Shown: positions 60,919-64,000 of the stretch, piece by piece
How positions within the stretch are numbered: the stretch's first letter is position 1
Layout of the letters: each line of letters begins with the position of its first letter
Assembly (NCBI GenBank): GCA_035946335.1
Contig: DASYZL010000006.1
Coordinates: forward strand, 175,664 to 239,663
DNA length: 64,000 nt
Origin: Patescibacteria group bacterium
Lineage (GTDB): Bacteria; Patescibacteriota; Microgenomatia; Levybacterales; UBA12049
Direction: 5' to 3'
Program-made: the position numbers and the translations under genes
The notes under the pieces: generated by a model
The model's input: the letters and a program-made list of their open reading frames with translations, nothing else
Database searches by the model: none
What the model was told of the DNA's origin: nothing

Positions 60919-61236
60919 ATGCTGATAGGACTTGTACTTATTCTTATTGTTTTCTGGTTCTTCGGGTATATTCACGTATCGGGACTTATGATTCCTGACA
61001 CAACACTTCTTGTTATAAACAACCAGTCTGTTACATTGTGGACTGTCCTTACATTGCTTGTTATTGCAGTCATTATTGGCATACTTCCTCGGCCATTCCG
61101 TGAAATTGCATCGGTTATCTTCATTTTGTGGATACTATCCGTATTGGGAGTTTTTGTTATAGCAGGACTATCAAGTTTACTGGTCATTGCAATTATCATT
61201 GGTTTGCTGATCTATATTTTTAGCGGAGCTTGGTAA
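60919..61236 (+). CDS. Small membrane protein
   Basis: Four hydrophobic helices; LP.PFREIA motif. Confidence 0.75.
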   Translation: MLIGLVLILIVFWFFGYIHVSGLMIPDTTLLVINNQSVTLWTVLTLLVIAVIIGILPRPFREIASVIFILWILSVLGVFVIAGLSSLLVIAIIIGLLIYIFSGAW

Positions 61237-61307
61237 ATAATGACAATAAGTTATTATCATTGTTCTAAAGAACAACCTAGTTCTTGTTTTTTAAAGGAAA
61301 ATATTTT

Positions 61308-61811
61308 ATGCTAGGAATTATGTACCGGTTACTCTTACGTTTCCTTCCCTCGTCACCTATTAGCGCACATTGTGATATTCCGTGCGGCATTTACGATCCG
61401 CATGCAGCGCAGGTTGCTGCGCATACAGTTATTCGCATGACTCAACTCATCGAACAATTGCATACAGAAGGGAATGATGACAAGGCAAAAAAACTGTTCT
61501 TTCACCAACTGAGCCGCTATACAGCAGTAAAAGAAGAACATGCAGAAACGGTTAAGCGGGAGGTACGAGTTATTTGGGGAGATTATTTCAAAGAGGAACA
61601 TCTCAAAACATATCCGCAACTACATGAAAAGGTCTTCCAGATTATGAAACTTACATCAAAAACACGTCAAAGTATTGATATGGAAAGCGCGCAACAGCTA
61701 CTTGCCGCTGTACAGGAATTTGCGGAAATTTTCTGGAAAACAAAAGGAAGAGAAACAGTACATATTACATCTCCTTACCCAACAGAGGGAGAACTTGTTT
61801 TGCCGAAGTAA
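61308..61811 (+). CDS. sodN: Nickel superoxide dismutase precursor
   Basis: Ni-hook HCDIPCGIYDP after a short propeptide; WGDYF, FAEIFW. Confidence 0.95.
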   Translation: MLGIMYRLLLRFLPSSPISAHCDIPCGIYDPHAAQVAAHTVIRMTQLIEQLHTEGNDDKAKKLFFHQLSRYTAVKEEHAETVKREVRVIWGDYFKEEHLKTYPQLHEKVFQIMKLTSKTRQSIDMESAQQLLAAVQEFAEIFWKTKGRETVHITSPYPTEGELVLPK

Positions 61812-61815
61812 GTTC

Positions 61816-62181
61816 GTGAAACGCTTATTCCATATCCTGTTTTTTTCAATTTCTCCATTTGTCTCTTTCACTATTACCGGAAAGAGCATGATACCTACAA
61901 TTACTCCTGGCGATCGGGTTATAGTCAGAAAGCGGTGGTTTTTTTGCTCATTACATGTGAATGATATAGTCGCGTTATCTGATCCAAGAAACGGAAAGTC
62001 AATTCTCAAAAGGATAAAAAAAATAAAACAGCCTGTACGCGATGGGAAATGTATCTTCTGGTCAAGAAAAAATGACTGCATGTATTTTGTCCTAGGTGAT
62101 AATCCTGACGAGAGCACTGACAGCAGGATATTCGGGTGGATTAGTCAAGAAAACGTTATTGGCAAAGTATCTTACTACTGA
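61816..62181 (+). CDS. sodX: NiSOD maturation protease (S26 family)
   Basis: GKSMIPT..PGD, ILKRI, GDNPDESTDSR.FG; immediately after sodN. Confidence 0.85.
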   Translation: MKRLFHILFFSISPFVSFTITGKSMIPTITPGDRVIVRKRWFFCSLHVNDIVALSDPRNGKSILKRIKKIKQPVRDGKCIFWSRKNDCMYFVLGDNPDESTDSRIFGWISQENVIGKVSYY

Positions 62182-62255
62182 ACGCTGGAAATACCATGAA
62201 GTGTATCAAGCAGTTTTGTAACTTTTTTTACTCTATGATAGAGTACATATGTACT

Positions 62256-64000
62256 ATGTCTATCGCTCGCCGATCAGTTGTCGCATTCCTTGTTAGCATT
62301 CTTTTTCTTACCTTCCAGTTTCCCATACCTTTCTTCCAGCAGTATTACCAGGTAAAACGGTTCATTGAAGGAGCAAGTTGTAATAATACAGGCGTTACAA
62401 AAAATGCAGATGGGACATATTCATTCGCACAGCTTCATGTAGATAGTCAGGGAAATATCGTTGATTCGCAAGGTTGCCTCATTCATCTTCTCGGTCTTAA
62501 TCAAGGCTGGCTTGCCTCGGGTGGAGGAGGCTATGATACTGCTGCACAAATTAATTCATTTCACCAAGTAATACCATATAATCTTATTCGCTTAAATTAT
62601 AACTCCTACTGGTGGAACACAAATGTCCAAGTTCCCGGATATAATAATCTGCCTTTTCAGCAAGTTTTAAAGCAGGCGGTTAGTGAAGCTGAAAAAGCAG
62701 GAGTATATATTGAACTTGACACTGGACCTCAACATACAGAACCTCCTTGCGGGGGGACTGTTACATTTTGCAGCTCTCAAAATCAGGCAGCAAAGGATTA
62801 TGCGGCAAATCCGAGCTCCCAAATAGCCCAAGAGATGCCTTCGTATCCTCCGCCCGGAGACCAATCGATCACTGACTTAACCAAACTGTACGCAAATGAT
62901 CCGGCAGTTATCTTTGACGTCTGGAATGAACCAGGAGATGGCAATTTTTCCCAACTACTTCCGGATTCACAATATTTTCCCGCTATGCAAAACAGAATCA
63001 ACATTGTTAATACGAACGCACCGAATTCACTTGTAATGGTCTACTCTCACAGCATGCCGTCAATGGTCAGCGGACAGGTAAAACCCTATACAGGACACAA
63101 TATTATCATTGACCATCATGCATACAGCCCAACGCAAACCGTTGCCCAGCACGTTCCTGATATACAATTTGACCAAAAAAATGGCTGGGGGTCAATTATT
63201 AACGAGTATGGTGGAACCATGCTTATCTCTGGCGAACAGCAAGTAATGACAACACTCGCACAGCAATATGATGTCGGTCTAGCTTTCTTTACCGCCAGCA
63301 ACTTGGAGAGTTCCCATACTATTCCCATTTCGTTAAACAGTCTTGGACAGTTGGTAAGTCAAAGCTACAAAAGTGTTTTTGGTTCTTCCTCCCCCCTCCC
63401 CAGCACTACACCTCTGCCTACCAGTGGAGGGACTCTCCCAGCAGGAAGTACTCCGGTAAGTATCTCGGTAGGGTTACAGGATATAGGGAATGGAGGAGAT
63501 ATCAGTACAGGCAGTACCACAGGGGGAAACCAGCATCCTACGCATCCGCAACGGGATGTCAGCGTGCTCTTTGTGGACGGGAGTGGAAATCAGACACCAG
63601 TCAATGGCACCATACGGTATGACAGTACCTCAGGACTGTTCACAGGAACCCTTGCTGGTTCCTCTCTGAGTACCGGAACCTATGCTGTGTATGTCAAGTC
63701 TTCAGGCTATTTGCAGAAGCAGCTTCCTACGCAGGTCACGGTGAGTAGCGGAAGTACTATAACCATTCCCACCATTTCTCTGGTTACCGGAGATATTACC
63801 AGTGCAAATGCACTGGATTTGAGTAGCTACAATGCCTTAGTCAGTTGCTTTGGTCTGAGTGATACCCAGACCAGCAGTGCCTGTCCGAATCCACCGCTTG
63901 CAGATTTGAATGATGATGGAGTGATTGATGGTATAGACTACAATATCTTCCTCCGCACCATTGGAAAAGTACAGACAGGAGATACCCCGCCAGGCAGTAC
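62256..64000 (+). CDS. Secreted GH5-like glycoside hydrolase with C-terminal dockerin, 3'-truncated by window edge
   Basis: One frame from ATG 62256 carries LLGLN, IRL, FDVWNEPG (62922), H.Y, INEYG (63201), S/P/T linker and DLNDDGVIDGIDY (63903). Confidence 0.85.
   Translation, partial: MSIARRSVVAFLVSILFLTFQFPIPFFQQYYQVKRFIEGASCNNTGVTKNADGTYSFAQLHVDSQGNIVDSQGCLIHLLGLNQGWLASGGGGYDTAAQINSFHQVIPYNLIRLNYNSYWWNTNVQVPGYNNLPFQQVLKQAVSEAEKAGVYIELDTGPQHTEPPCGGTVTFCSSQNQAAKDYAANPSSQIAQEMPSYPPPGDQSITDLTKLYANDPAVIFDVWNEPGDGNFSQLLPDSQYFPAMQNRINIVNTNAPNSLVMVYSHSMPSMVSGQVKPYTGHNIIIDHHAYSPTQTVAQHVPDIQFDQKNGWGSIINEYGGTMLISGEQQVMTTLAQQYDVGLAFFTASNLESSHTIPISLNSLGQLVSQSYKSVFGSSSPLPSTTPLPTSGGTLPAGSTPVSISVGLQDIGNGGDISTGSTTGGNQHPTHPQRDVSVLFVDGSGNQTPVNGTIRYDSTSGLFTGTLAGSSLSTGTYAVYVKSSGYLQKQLPTQVTVSSGSTITIPTISLVTGDITSANALDLSSYNALVSCFGLSDTQTSSACPNPPLADLNDDGVIDGIDYNIFLRTIGKVQTGDTPPGS

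Noticed and set aside
1-64000. CRISPR array, rRNA, IS transposase or phage structural genes
   Set aside because: No spaced direct-repeat array or diagnostic motifs seen by eye
39881-64000. Extending the mobile element over the downstream accessory genes
   Set aside because: No mobility genes or further att-like copy noticed; genes look like ordinary host accessory content (search was not exhaustive)

Overview
Bacterial chromosome segment, inferred to be Patescibacteria/CPR (Microgenomates-like) from the short IF-2, degenerate DHH protein, membrane-anchored Clp ATPase, cohesin/dockerin proteins and apparently leaderless genes. Bases 1-25.8 kb are core genes (mltG, rodZ-like, ftsK, rnj, pnp, rpsO, infB, nusA, uppP, lon, Mg/Mn transport, dnaG, rpoD). 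A tRNA-Asn(GUU) at 25917-26206 is split by a 218-nt group I intron. Its 3' end is the apparent integration site of a ~13.6-kb AT-rich element (26203-39830) bounded by an 8-bp direct repeat, GGAGCAAA. The most striking feature is that this att core lies inside the 3' end of the element's large serine recombinase gene. Integrated, the gene stops in the tRNA T-arm (...LLRD*). Circularised, it would read in frame into an orphan 48-codon tail at the far end, directly upstream of a family-A-polymerase-like gene and a hairpin-rich non-coding region. The element also carries a resolvase, a miniature recombinase-like protein and PIN/HNH/TIGR04255-like defence-type cargo. Bases 40-64 kb are accessory host genes: NHL protein, ABC exporters, unannotated cationic peptides, DipZ/MsrB, cell-wall enzymes, NiSOD with its protease, and a GH5-dockerin protein running off the end. 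All calls come from reading motifs by eye; no database searches or folding computations were run.
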